Assembly (NCBI GenBank): GCA_963675515.1
Contig: OY776328.1
Coordinates: 330,001 to 362,000, forward strand
Length of the DNA stretch: 32,000 nt
Source of the DNA: Coprobacillaceae bacterium
GTDB lineage: Bacteria; Bacillota_I; Bacilli_A; Erysipelotrichales; Coprobacillaceae
Direction: 5' to 3'
The position numbers and the translations under genes were made by a program. The notes under the pieces were generated by a model, which was not told where the DNA came from, made no database searches, and saw only the letters and a list, made by a program, of their open reading frames with translations. Position 1 is the first letter of the stretch. Every line of letters starts with the position of its first letter. This document shows, piece after piece, positions 1 to 8,359 of the stretch.

Positions 1-1
1 C

Positions 2-697
2 AATGAGAACCGAAAGAAATTGTCAAAACGTGACGAAACGATCATGCAGTTCGTTTCCCAATACAGGGAAGAGGGTTATCTTCCTGATGCCATGTTCAAC
101 TTCATGGCACTTTTGGGATGGTCGCCAGAAGGTGAGCAGGAAATCTTCACAAAAGAAGAGCTGATCGCTGCCTTTGATGAAAAACGACTTTCAAAATCAC
201 CATCGATGTTCGACAAGGAAAAATTGATCTGGGTCAACAACCGCTATATCAAGGAAAGAAGTCTTGAAGATGTTGTCGCTTTATGTCAGCCGTTCCTGCA
301 AGAGGCATATGACCTTTCAGGTAAAACACAAGAATGGATTGAGATGCTTGTAAGTGTCTACCATGACCAGCTTTCATATGGCAAGGAAATTGTGAACTTG
401 ACTTCACTGTTCTTCAAAGATGACTTGCAATTGGATCCTGAAGCTCAAGAATTCATGCAAGACGAGTCGATTCCCAACACTTTGGCGGTATTCGCAAAAC
501 AGATTGAAGCAATTGAAGATTTCACTCGTGACAATATTCAGGCTGCAATCAAGGCGACACAAAAAGAAGCCAAGGTTAAAGGCAAGATGCTTTTCATGCC
601 ACTTAGAATCGCGACAACTGGAATTATGCACGGTCCGGATCTGGCCAGCTCCATTGCTTTGATTGGCAAAGAAAAGGTATTGGACCGTTTGAAATAA
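2..697 (+). CDS. gltX: Glutamyl-tRNA synthetase, C-terminal part (5' end lies upstream of the window)
   Basis: Frame 2 is open from base 2 and reads NENRKKLSKRDET (KLSKR = class I KMSKS-type loop). It continues LLGWSPEGEQEIFTKEELIAAFD...KSPSMFDKEKLIWVNNRYIK, typical of GltX, followed by an anticodon-binding tail. The ORF-track start at 20 is only an internal TTG. Confidence 0.85.
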   Translation, partial: NENRKKLSKRDETIMQFVSQYREEGYLPDAMFNFMALLGWSPEGEQEIFTKEELIAAFDEKRLSKSPSMFDKEKLIWVNNRYIKERSLEDVVALCQPFLQEAYDLSGKTQEWIEMLVSVYHDQLSYGKEIVNLTSLFFKDDLQLDPEAQEFMQDESIPNTLAVFAKQIEAIEDFTRDNIQAAIKATQKEAKVKGKMLFMPLRIATTGIMHGPDLASSIALIGKEKVLDRLK

Positions 698-699
698 AA

Positions 700-725
700 G
701 GAAAGTAGGATTACTTTTCTTTTTT
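700..725 (+). terminator. Rho-independent terminator after gltX
   Basis: Stem GAAAGTA (701-707) / TACTTTC (712-718), loop GGAT, then a T-run at 719-725. Confidence 0.6.
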
Positions 726-755
726 AGCAGGGTGATTTTGAAAGGGGCGGGAGCG

Positions 756-1571
756 ATGAAAAATAAGATAATTGCAGCAGTTATTGCTTTTTTTATAATT
801 GTTTCCGCTTCTTTGATCGTCCTGGCGTTCAACCTGGATCCGATCAGTCTGAAAAAAGAGACATTCGTTTTTCAGTATGGCGAGCCCATACCGCAGGAGG
901 TTTATGAATACGCAAACGGCTCCAACGAGGTTTTGGATCTTTCGACTTTGGATCTCTCGCACGTCAAAGATGATATCGGTTCCTATCCGGCAAGTCTTAT
1001 TTACTACAATAAGACTTATGAATTCACAATCAAGATCGTGGATACCACTCACCCGGTTGCGGTGTTGAAACAGGTGCAGGTGAATATCGAGCCTGGCGAC
1101 ATGTTGACGGCCAGTGATCTTGTTGAGGTTACCGACAATTCAAGCTTCACGGCCTACTTCATCCTTGAAGACGGCTCAACCAGCGAAACCCAGACCTTCA
1201 ATGAAGTCGGGTCATATGTGGAAAACATCGTTGTCATCGATGCGTCGCAGAATGAATCGGCCAAGTTGCGAATCAAGATTGTGGTCCGCTATAACAATGA
1301 TATCCCGACCTTGACGGGAGTCGAGGACCTTGAAATCTATTTGGGCAAGGAGTTTGATCCGTTTGCGGGAGTAAAGGCGACCGATGGCATAGGCAATGAC
1401 ATCACCGACGATATAGTTATTTTGAAAAACAACGTAAATACCCAAAGTATCGGAGTCTACACAGTCATATATAAGATCACCAATGACCAGGGCAACACAA
1501 TCCAGGTCAACCGAACCGTTACGGTGATAGAAAATCCAGGGGTACTGGATTCGATGGAAAACAGAAATTGA
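756..1571 (+). CDS. Membrane-anchored protein with bacterial Ig-like (DUF5011-type) domain
   Basis: ATG at 756 lies behind AAAGGGGCGGGAG. The N-terminal TM is MKNKIIAAVIAFFIIVSASLIVLAF. The C-terminal IPTLTGVEDLEIYLGKEFDPFAGVKATDGIGNDITDDIVILKNNVNTQSIGVYTVIYKITNDQGNTIQVNRTVTV matches the Ig-like surface-domain pattern from memory. Confidence 0.7.
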   Translation: MKNKIIAAVIAFFIIVSASLIVLAFNLDPISLKKETFVFQYGEPIPQEVYEYANGSNEVLDLSTLDLSHVKDDIGSYPASLIYYNKTYEFTIKIVDTTHPVAVLKQVQVNIEPGDMLTASDLVEVTDNSSFTAYFILEDGSTSETQTFNEVGSYVENIVVIDASQNESAKLRIKIVVRYNNDIPTLTGVEDLEIYLGKEFDPFAGVKATDGIGNDITDDIVILKNNVNTQSIGVYTVIYKITNDQGNTIQVNRTVTVIENPGVLDSMENRN

Positions 1572-1572
1572 T

Positions 1573-1627
1573 AAAAAAAGACGAATCAGTGAAGATAAAT
1601 TCTTCATCAATTCGTCTTTGTTTTTTA
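1573..1627. terminator. Bidirectional terminator between convergent genes (Ig-like gene and asnB)
   Basis: Long hairpin AAAGACGAAT (1577-1586) / ATTCGTCTTT (1610-1619) with an inner GAAG...CTTC stem. It is flanked by an A-run upstream and a T-run (1621-1626) downstream. Confidence 0.65.
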
Positions 1628-3211
1628 TAGTCCTGAATCTCCGTAGTTTTTAAGAACGCGGGCACTAGGATCGTCAACATCGCAGTTTTCCCATTCTTTG
1701 TTTGGCATCCAGAAATCTTTGATCCATACGTCTTTGCCAGGGTAATAGGATTCAAAGATATCGCGGTACAGAAGCGATTCCTTGGTGAAAGGAGTGTGGG
1801 TTGGGTATTTAACACCCGCATTCTCAAGATCCTCATCGCTGTATTGCTCTTGGGCATATTCTTTAAGGTAGTCCACCATTGAGTGACCCACGGCATCGGA
1901 GAATGCTGCCTTTTCTCTGAATAGAATCTCATCAGGAAGGTACCCGGTACCTTCAAAGGCGTGGCGCAGCAGGTATTTACCCTTGTTGTAAGTGTTCATT
2001 TTCTTCGCCGGATCAATGCTCATGGCATATTCGACAAAGAACTTGTCACCGAACGGAACACGTCCTTCCAGAGAGTTTGCCGAGATGCAGCGGTCGGCAC
2101 GAAGCACGTCATACATGTAAAGCTCGCGGATTCTTTTTGCCGATTCCTCTTGGAAGGCCTGAGGATTTGGAGCGAAATCAGTATATTTGTAACCGAAAAT
2201 CTCGTCGCTCACTTCTCCGGTGAGAATAACCTTGATGTCAGTGTTTTGTCGGATATAACGGCAAAGAATGAACATGGCCATGCTGGCGCGGATAGTCGTG
2301 ATATCATAAGTTTCCAAGTTAAAGATTACCTGCCGCAGATTGTCCAGCACGTCATCTTTGGTCATGATGACTTCGGTATGGTCGGTTTTCAAGTAATCGG
2401 CAACCTGTTTTGCATATTTCAAGTCAATTGGGTCAGTTTCCATTCCGATTGCGAATGTTCTGATTGGCTTGTCAACAAGGCGCTGCCCGATTGCGCAAAC
2501 CAAAGAAGAATCCAAACCGCCAGAGAGCAGATATCCGATTGGAGCGTCCGACTGCAGTCTTTTTTCTACGCTGACTTCCAGTTTTTCTCTCAACTTGTTG
2601 GCGATGGTAGGAATGTCATCCTGAACGAAATAATCAACCGTGCTAAGGTCGTGGTATTGGGTGAATTTTCCATCATCATAGTAGTGACCAGGAGGGAATG
2701 GATAAATCTCATCACAATATTCCATCAAAGCTTTAGCTTCGGAAGCGAAACAGATTTCCTTGGTGATTTTTTCGTATCCATAAAACATCGCCCGAATTCC
2801 CATTGGATCGCGGGCTGCCATCAACTTATCATTGTTTTCGTCTTTGAGTACAAAAGCGAATTCACCATCCAAAGATTTTACCAATATTTCAATCCCGTAT
2901 TTCAAGTAACCGGGAATAATTACTTCACAATCACTTCCTGAATTAAAGTGATAACTGCTCTCAAGATTATTTTTTAAATCAAGGTAATTATAGATCTCAC
3001 CATTACATACCATAGTACAATTATTGTATTCGAATGGTTGATTCCCATGATCGCTTAAGTCCATGATCGATAGACGATTGAAACCATAGGCGATACCTTT
3101 TTTTATAACTAATTCTTGATCATCCGGCCCGCGATAGCTTGCAGCATCTAAGGCTTTTTGGAGTCTTTGTTTGTCCATGTCTTCGCATTGAACAACCAGT
3201 ATTCCACACAT
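1625..3211 (-). CDS. asnB: Asparagine synthetase (glutamine-hydrolysing)
   Basis: Starts MCGILVV (N-terminal nucleophile Cys of class II amidotransferases) at the ATG at 3211, behind AAAGGGTG. It carries the SGGLDSS pyrophosphatase motif. The ORF-track start at 3220 is a GTG three codons upstream. Confidence 0.9.
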   Translation of the reverse strand: MCGILVVQCEDMDKQRLQKALDAASYRGPDDQELVIKKGIAYGFNRLSIMDLSDHGNQPFEYNNCTMVCNGEIYNYLDLKNNLESSYHFNSGSDCEVIIPGYLKYGIEILVKSLDGEFAFVLKDENNDKLMAARDPMGIRAMFYGYEKITKEICFASEAKALMEYCDEIYPFPPGHYYDDGKFTQYHDLSTVDYFVQDDIPTIANKLREKLEVSVEKRLQSDAPIGYLLSGGLDSSLVCAIGQRLVDKPIRTFAIGMETDPIDLKYAKQVADYLKTDHTEVIMTKDDVLDNLRQVIFNLETYDITTIRASMAMFILCRYIRQNTDIKVILTGEVSDEIFGYKYTDFAPNPQAFQEESAKRIRELYMYDVLRADRCISANSLEGRVPFGDKFFVEYAMSIDPAKKMNTYNKGKYLLRHAFEGTGYLPDEILFREKAAFSDAVGHSMVDYLKEYAQEQYSDEDLENAGVKYPTHTPFTKESLLYRDIFESYYPGKDVWIKDFWMPNKEWENCDVDDPSARVLKNYGDSGL

Positions 3212-3242
3212 ATATATCACCCTTTCATTTTATATTGTATAC

Positions 3243-3271
3243 AGTATACCGAATTGAAAATCCAAATGCAA
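3243..3271 (-). promoter_or_regulatory. Candidate sigma-A promoter of asnB
   Basis: On the minus strand: TTGCAT (3271-3266), 17 nt, TATACT (3248-3243). The leader to the RBS is short. The -10 is overlapped by the palindrome GTATAC-A-GTATAC (3237-3249). Confidence 0.4.
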
Positions 3272-3424
3272 TTGTTTTCACGGAATATTGAGAAAAATTT
3301 GGCCAATTCATAAAAAGCACGCACATGATTATTGTAGTGAACCAATATTTACCAGTGGGACAAAACAGGGACTTTGTTGACACCAAAACAGCGAAAAAAC
3401 ATGGTACGATATTAGTGTCTTTTA

Positions 3425-3453
3425 TTGACAATGATTTCTACTTTCGGTACTAT
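3425..3453 (+). promoter_or_regulatory. Candidate sigma-A promoter of the HAD phosphatase gene
   Basis: TTGACA (3425-3430), 17 nt, TACTAT (3448-3453), about 25 nt upstream of the AAAAGGAG RBS. Confidence 0.5.
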
Positions 3454-3478
3454 GTAGACAAAGAAAAGGAGCGCTATA

Positions 3479-4294
3479 ATGAAATATAAATTGATTGCTT
3501 TGGATTTGGATGGTACCCTTACAGACTCTAATAAGTTGGTTTTACCCAAGACGGCGGCCGTATTGAAAAGGCTGGCTCAAAAGGGGGTAATCATCACTCT
3601 TGCATCAGGTCGACCTACTCCAGGGATGCATTATGTGGCGGACACAGTCGAGCTTGAAAAAGGCGGCTATGTTCTTTCCTTCAACGGGGCTAAGATCATC
3701 AATTGGCAGACTAAGGAAGTAGTATATCAAAAAACGTATGACAAGAGCATCGGACATCAAGTTATCGACCGGGCTCACGAGTACAATTTATGTCCAATCA
3801 GCTACAGCGACAAAGCGATTCTTACCCAGACTCCTGAAGACGAATACACTATCGAAGAGGGACGGATCAACAACATGGAACTCCTGAAGGTTGCCGACCT
3901 CAAGAGCGTGCTTGAAGACAATGTCGACAAGCTTCTTCTTACCGGAGACGGTGATTATCTTGCAAAGATTGTCGACGAGTTCAAGGCACCTTTTGATGGG
4001 CAGCTGGCAATCTATCGCTCACAGCCATTCTTCATTGAAGTGATGGCTCAAGGGATCGACAAAGCCCAATCGCTTGATAGCCTGATCAAGGAACTAAACA
4101 TCAAGCAGGAGGAAGTTATCGCCTTTGGTGATGGTTACAATGACCTGTCCATGATTGAATTTGCGGGATTGGGAGTGGCTATGGCCAATGCCTGTGACGA
4201 GGTGAAACAAAAGGCTGATCGGATCACCCTTAGCAATGATGAGGATGGAATAGCCCATGTCCTTGAGCAACTCGAATTGAACGGCGCATTCTAA
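3479..4294 (+). CDS. Cof-type HAD-IIB family phosphatase
   Basis: MKYKLIALDLDGTL (DxDGT motif I), SGRP motif II and a GDGYNDLSM motif IV-like region; the length is typical of Cof/YidA. Confidence 0.85.
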   Translation: MKYKLIALDLDGTLTDSNKLVLPKTAAVLKRLAQKGVIITLASGRPTPGMHYVADTVELEKGGYVLSFNGAKIINWQTKEVVYQKTYDKSIGHQVIDRAHEYNLCPISYSDKAILTQTPEDEYTIEEGRINNMELLKVADLKSVLEDNVDKLLLTGDGDYLAKIVDEFKAPFDGQLAIYRSQPFFIEVMAQGIDKAQSLDSLIKELNIKQEEVIAFGDGYNDLSMIEFAGLGVAMANACDEVKQKADRITLSNDEDGIAHVLEQLELNGAF

Positions 4295-4373
4295 GATGGA
4301 ATTGAGGGGATAAGTTTCCCTTTTTTTCTTATAATTTTAGTGATATACTACTATTATTAGGAGGAATTTCGCA

Positions 4374-5576
4374 ATGTTACAATTAGAGGATTTCAAAGAA
4401 GCAAGAAAAAGGGTGGACGAGGTTATCTTGCAAACACCGCTGATATATTCACAGTCATTCAGTGATGAATGCGATAATCAGGTGTACATAAAACCCGAAA
4501 ATCTTCAGAAGACTGGAGCATTTAAAATCAGAGGTGCTTACAATAAGATAAGCAAACTGCCTGATGCGGCTAAAAGAAAAGGTTTGATTGCATCTTCAGC
4601 CGGAAACCATGCTCAAGGTGTAGCATATGCGGCTAAACAACAGGGCGTCGAAGCGACAATCGTAATGCCTGCAGGTACTCCTTTGATCAAAGTTAATGCA
4701 ACAAAGGCGTTGGGTGCCAAGGTTATCCTCCACGGGGAGGTCTATGATGAGGCTTATCAAAAAGCCTGCGAACTCCAAAAAGAGCATGATCTCACATTCA
4801 TTCACCCGTTCGATGACGAGGATGTTATCGAGGGGCAAGGCACCATCGCTTTGGAGATACTCGAAGAAATGCCTGACGTAGATGCGATAATTGTTCCCAT
4901 TGGCGGTGGCGGTCTGATTTCTGGGATCGCGGCCTGTGCCAAAGCCATCAATCCAAACATCAAGATCATTGGGGTGGAACCTGAGGGGGCAGCAAGTGCC
5001 GAAGCGGCAGTCAAAGAGGACAAGATCTGTCTTTTGTCGGAAGTGAATACCATCGCGGATGGAACGGCGGTAAAGCAAATAGGTGTCAAACCATTCGATT
5101 ATATCAGGCGATACGTCGATGACATCATTCTGGTCAACGATTATGAGCTGATGGAGGCGTTCCTTATACTGGTTGAAAAACACAAACTGGTGGCAGAGGG
5201 TTCTGGAATTTTAGCTTTGGCGGCGACAAAGAAGCTTAACTTCAAAGACAAAAAAGTGGTTGCTTTGGTTTCGGGAGGAAACATTGATGTTTTGACCATT
5301 TCATCGATGATCAATAAAGGACTTATCTCCCGTGGCAGAATTTTCAGCTTTTCCATTCAATTGCCTGACAAACCAGGCCAACTGGAATTAGTTTCACATG
5401 TGCTTAACGAACTTAATGCGAACGTGATTGGTGTCGAACATAACCAGTTCAAGAATTTCGCGCGTTTTTCCGAAGTTGAATTGCGGGTTACCTGCGAGAC
5501 TTCAGGTGAGGAACACATTGCAAAAATTATCGAAAGATTCAATGATTTGGGTTATGAGATAGTCAAAGTCAATTAG
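4374..5576 (+). CDS. ilvA: Threonine ammonia-lyase (threonine dehydratase), short form with one C-terminal ACT-like domain
   Basis: PLP-lysine context TGAFKIRGAYNK, plus SSAGNHAQGVAYAA and the glycine loop PIGGGGLISG. About 80 aa of regulatory tail follow; RBS is AGGAGG. Confidence 0.85.
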   Translation: MLQLEDFKEARKRVDEVILQTPLIYSQSFSDECDNQVYIKPENLQKTGAFKIRGAYNKISKLPDAAKRKGLIASSAGNHAQGVAYAAKQQGVEATIVMPAGTPLIKVNATKALGAKVILHGEVYDEAYQKACELQKEHDLTFIHPFDDEDVIEGQGTIALEILEEMPDVDAIIVPIGGGGLISGIAACAKAINPNIKIIGVEPEGAASAEAAVKEDKICLLSEVNTIADGTAVKQIGVKPFDYIRRYVDDIILVNDYELMEAFLILVEKHKLVAEGSGILALAATKKLNFKDKKVVALVSGGNIDVLTISSMINKGLISRGRIFSFSIQLPDKPGQLELVSHVLNELNANVIGVEHNQFKNFARFSEVELRVTCETSGEEHIAKIIERFNDLGYEIVKVN

Positions 5577-5597
5577 AAAGTATAATTGAATAATTGA

Positions 5598-5619
5598 GAT
5601 GCCTATGGCATCTTTTTTT
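5598..5619 (+). terminator. Rho-independent terminator after ilvA
   Basis: GATGCC (5598-5603) / GGCATC (5607-5612), loop TAT, then 7 T. Confidence 0.7.
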
Positions 5620-5742
5620 GTGGGCGGAAATGAGTTGATTGCCTTTCCCAACCGGCGAAATGGCTGGTGGCAACAGTCATATCATGCCCGAAGAACACAT
5701 CAGCAAGGCGCAATGTTCGAATCAAGCGGAAAGGAGTAGCAT

Positions 5743-5808
5743 ATGTTTTTGTTTGCGCTTATCTCATTTATAGTGGCCACGGTGCCAATGATTATCAAGT
5801 TATATTGA
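5743..5808 (+). CDS. Possible 21-aa hydrophobic micro-ORF (MFLFALISFIVATVPMIIKLY) upstream of the pilus-like operon
   Basis: AAAGGAG sits 7 nt upstream of the ATG and the peptide is entirely hydrophobic. There is no other support. Confidence 0.2.
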   Translation: MFLFALISFIVATVPMIIKLY

Positions 5809-5829
5809 AATATCTGAAAAGAGGATAGG

Positions 5830-8202
5830 ATGATGAACACTTTTGGAAAACGAAAGCCGATAATTGCCTTTCTAATACTACAAATTATAATTTATCTCTC
5901 AATCATCAATGTTAATGGCGCTTCGGCTCTGTCTGTATTGGAAAATGTTCCCTATCCTTTTTATCCTGCAATGAATTCGAACCTTTACCAGGTGGACGTC
6001 AATGTCGGATTCAACCTGAATCCCTCGAAGACACCACAGGTGGCGGGGACCGCCATTTCAGAAGGAATAAGTGAAGATATCAATTTGATCAAGGCTCTTT
6101 ATTATGGCTATCTGGGACCGGGCAATGTGATGGGCAATCTGACGCAGGATCAACAAAAAACCTATACCCATCTTCTGGCGAGCTATATCTATTCCGGTGA
6201 CATGGCCGGCTTCAATTTCTATACCCTGATGAGCTATTTCAACTGCAATCTTATTGATTACTACAATCAGCTGCCATATCTTGGCGACCCCAATCATTAT
6301 GAATTGGGTTTTACCGAAGACAACCTGGTGTTTACCAGTGACGGAATGGTTCAAAGGTCAAACAGTATCAGATTGGTTGCGACTGAGTGGACCTGGGGAT
6401 ATTTCGATCTTCCTGCTGGTCTGACATTGGTTAATGAGACTTCGGGAACGACAACTTCATCACAGCGATGTTACCTCCAGGCTCAGGACATGTTTCACTT
6501 TGAAGCATCCCCGGATTACCTGGGTGAGGTGGAAATCCTTGATTTCTACCTGAATCTCAACGTATTCAATTATCAAGTCCGCTTGGTCAAGACTCAAGGA
6601 ACGGTTGATCTGGCTGATCCGAACAATGACGGATATGCGACAGTAGGTTCTTTGATCAGGACACCAACCATCCTGAGTACGGCGTTGAGCCTGGACTTCC
6701 AGTTCAAGCCGAAGGTTGTAATCAAGACAATGTCGGACTCGTTGAGCTCGATAGCCGATCAGATGATCAAGATAACTGGTCCGGATTCGTTTGAGAAAAA
6801 CCGCCTTAGCGATGACGCGGGCGAAGTAGAACTTGTCAATCTGGAACCGGGGACGTATTACATCACAGCGACAGATGCGAACTTCCCTTATAAGGAAAAT
6901 ATTGGGACGTATAGTGTCACTGTTGATTTTCGCCAAAAGAAAAATGTCGAAGTGATTTTTGAAGAGATTCACCAGGCGACCGCCAGATACCATCTCAACA
7001 TGGAAGACCCACCACTGTTGGTTGAGGATTTCAATGTTCAGGCAGATTATGGCACCGTGGGGTTTGACGATTTTTCTATGGAAGGATATTCTCCAATAAG
7101 CATTTCGGTTGTAAAAGACGGAGTGGTTCAAGAGATATCGAACCAGACAGACGAGGTCGCCAACGGGATTGTAATCGAAGCGGTAAACTTCCCTGATTAT
7201 CTGACTTTTGAAAGTGGATCCTATTATCTCGATGTCAATATTGAAGCTGATTTAACCAAGGTGGCAATACCGTTATTTGATGGCCGCAATGGGGTGATAG
7301 ATGTGACAATGGTCGATGATACGAATTTGCGGGAGATGATTTTCACCGCCACCAGCGCAAGCTGCCACTTTCAGGAAGATGATGTGACCGAGTCGATGAC
7401 AATCGTCGATTTGAACATCGAACGTTTCAACAAGCCGGGAGTCGCGGTAGTCGAATTCGACTACCTGAGCCCTGATGGTTTGCATTTTAAAACAAGCTAC
7501 AACGTCCTTGTTGTCGACTTGAAAACCGGCGATCAGGCAAGCTTGGTCCGGTTCATCGATAAGGAAAATCTCAATGAACTAAACAGCGGATTTTTTGGAA
7601 CAGATACAGCCGCAAAAGAATTGTTAGGATCCAGCCTTGACAGGCAAAACCCGGCAATTTCATATCAGCTCGATGACAAAAGTTTGAAAATGATCAAGAA
7701 TGGATATCTGGAAGATCCCGACTTCGACATTTATCAAAACGAGACAATAGCCAACAGCATGACAAAATACGACAATCCAATTGAAGATGGTCAAATCACT
7801 GTGACCCAAACAGGCAGCCAGGCCATCCTGGTTTTTGAAGGGGGGGAAACCGTAGACGATAATGGTGTATATATGAGTATTTCGAAGTATCAAAACGGGC
7901 AGGTGGAATGCTTGCTTGGCTTAAAAGACGGGTATTTTGGTTCTTTGAGACTCAGTCTTGATGATATGTCAACCGATCTGACTGGAGCGATATTCGAAGG
8001 GGTAGTGGCGCAAAGCTATGACGGAACTCCGAAATATCCAATTCCGGTCATATATTTACAAGACAGAAAACTGATTCCAGGCCGTGATTTCCAGCTGGCA
8101 TATTCCAGCAACGTTTCGGTCGGGGAAGCGACCATCAATGTGATGGGTATCGATGATTATCAAGGTGGATTTACAATAAAATTCCAAATAGAAGGAGAAT
8201 AA
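5830..8202 (+). CDS. Large secreted surface protein (790 aa), first gene of the pilus-like operon; possible adhesin
   Basis: Signal peptide MMNTFGKRKPIIAFLILQIIIYLSIINVNGASA. ITGPDSFEKNRLSDDAGEVELVNLEPGTYYITATD resembles SpaA/Cna-B-type stalk domains. The C-terminal YDGTPKYP...YSSNVSVGEATINVMGIDDYQGGFTIKFQI resembles YDG...GNY Ig-like repeats of Firmicutes surface proteins. No LPXTG motif. The stop is 1 nt before the next ATG. Confidence 0.75.
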   Translation: MMNTFGKRKPIIAFLILQIIIYLSIINVNGASALSVLENVPYPFYPAMNSNLYQVDVNVGFNLNPSKTPQVAGTAISEGISEDINLIKALYYGYLGPGNVMGNLTQDQQKTYTHLLASYIYSGDMAGFNFYTLMSYFNCNLIDYYNQLPYLGDPNHYELGFTEDNLVFTSDGMVQRSNSIRLVATEWTWGYFDLPAGLTLVNETSGTTTSSQRCYLQAQDMFHFEASPDYLGEVEILDFYLNLNVFNYQVRLVKTQGTVDLADPNNDGYATVGSLIRTPTILSTALSLDFQFKPKVVIKTMSDSLSSIADQMIKITGPDSFEKNRLSDDAGEVELVNLEPGTYYITATDANFPYKENIGTYSVTVDFRQKKNVEVIFEEIHQATARYHLNMEDPPLLVEDFNVQADYGTVGFDDFSMEGYSPISISVVKDGVVQEISNQTDEVANGIVIEAVNFPDYLTFESGSYYLDVNIEADLTKVAIPLFDGRNGVIDVTMVDDTNLREMIFTATSASCHFQEDDVTESMTIVDLNIERFNKPGVAVVEFDYLSPDGLHFKTSYNVLVVDLKTGDQASLVRFIDKENLNELNSGFFGTDTAAKELLGSSLDRQNPAISYQLDDKSLKMIKNGYLEDPDFDIYQNETIANSMTKYDNPIEDGQITVTQTGSQAILVFEGGETVDDNGVYMSISKYQNGQVECLLGLKDGYFGSLRLSLDDMSTDLTGAIFEGVVAQSYDGTPKYPIPVIYLQDRKLIPGRDFQLAYSSNVSVGEATINVMGIDDYQGGFTIKFQIEGE

Positions 8203-8203
8203 G

Positions 8204-8359
8204 ATGAAAGATTTTTTAGGCGAATATGGTTTGATTGTGGTTACTGCTCTGGTGATTTTGGCTTTTGTGGTAATTGGTCCCGAAGTTGGGAACCAAGTCG
8301 GTGATGCCATCAAGACTCAAGTCACTAATATTACAACTCAGACCGCACCTGGAGCTTGA
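8204..8359 (+). CDS. Flp-like pilin, 51 aa, near-leaderless (not in the ORF track)
   Basis: GAAGGAG RBS (8191-8197). Translation is MKDFLGEYGLIVVTALVILAFVVIGPEVGNQVGDAIKTQVTNITTQTAPGA. It has the EYGLI core plus hydrophobic helix of Flp/Fap pilins. An in-frame TAG at 8189 excludes a longer leader. Confidence 0.7.
   Translation: MKDFLGEYGLIVVTALVILAFVVIGPEVGNQVGDAIKTQVTNITTQTAPGA

Noticed and set aside
1961-2941. 326-aa ORF on the + strand
   Set aside because: It lies entirely antisense to asnB, which has unmistakable family motifs. It has no RBS and an odd composition, so it is a shadow ORF.
3212-3478. T-box or other riboswitch leader for asnB
   Set aside because: The best promoter leaves only about 30 nt of leader. 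The remaining intergenic DNA is accounted for by the divergent HAD gene promoter.
4295-4373. Terminator between the HAD gene and ilvA (GGGGATAAGTTTCCC plus a T-run)
   Set aside because: The stem is only 3-4 bp, too weak to call. The two genes may be co-transcribed or separated by a poor terminator.
5830-6400. Possible thioester (TQXA-type) adhesin domain, suggested by ALYYGYLGPGN...LTQDQQKTYTH
   Set aside because: There is no Cys upstream of the Gln in the mature N-terminal region, so an internal thioester cannot form as in known TEDs. The resemblance is too weak to call.
6460-7131. 223-aa ORF on the - strand. Similar antisense ORFs occur at 4596-5183, 18283-18924, 20514-21053 and 29837-30319.
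   Set aside because: All of them are embedded antisense in well-supported genes, with no start signals. They were treated as frame shadows.
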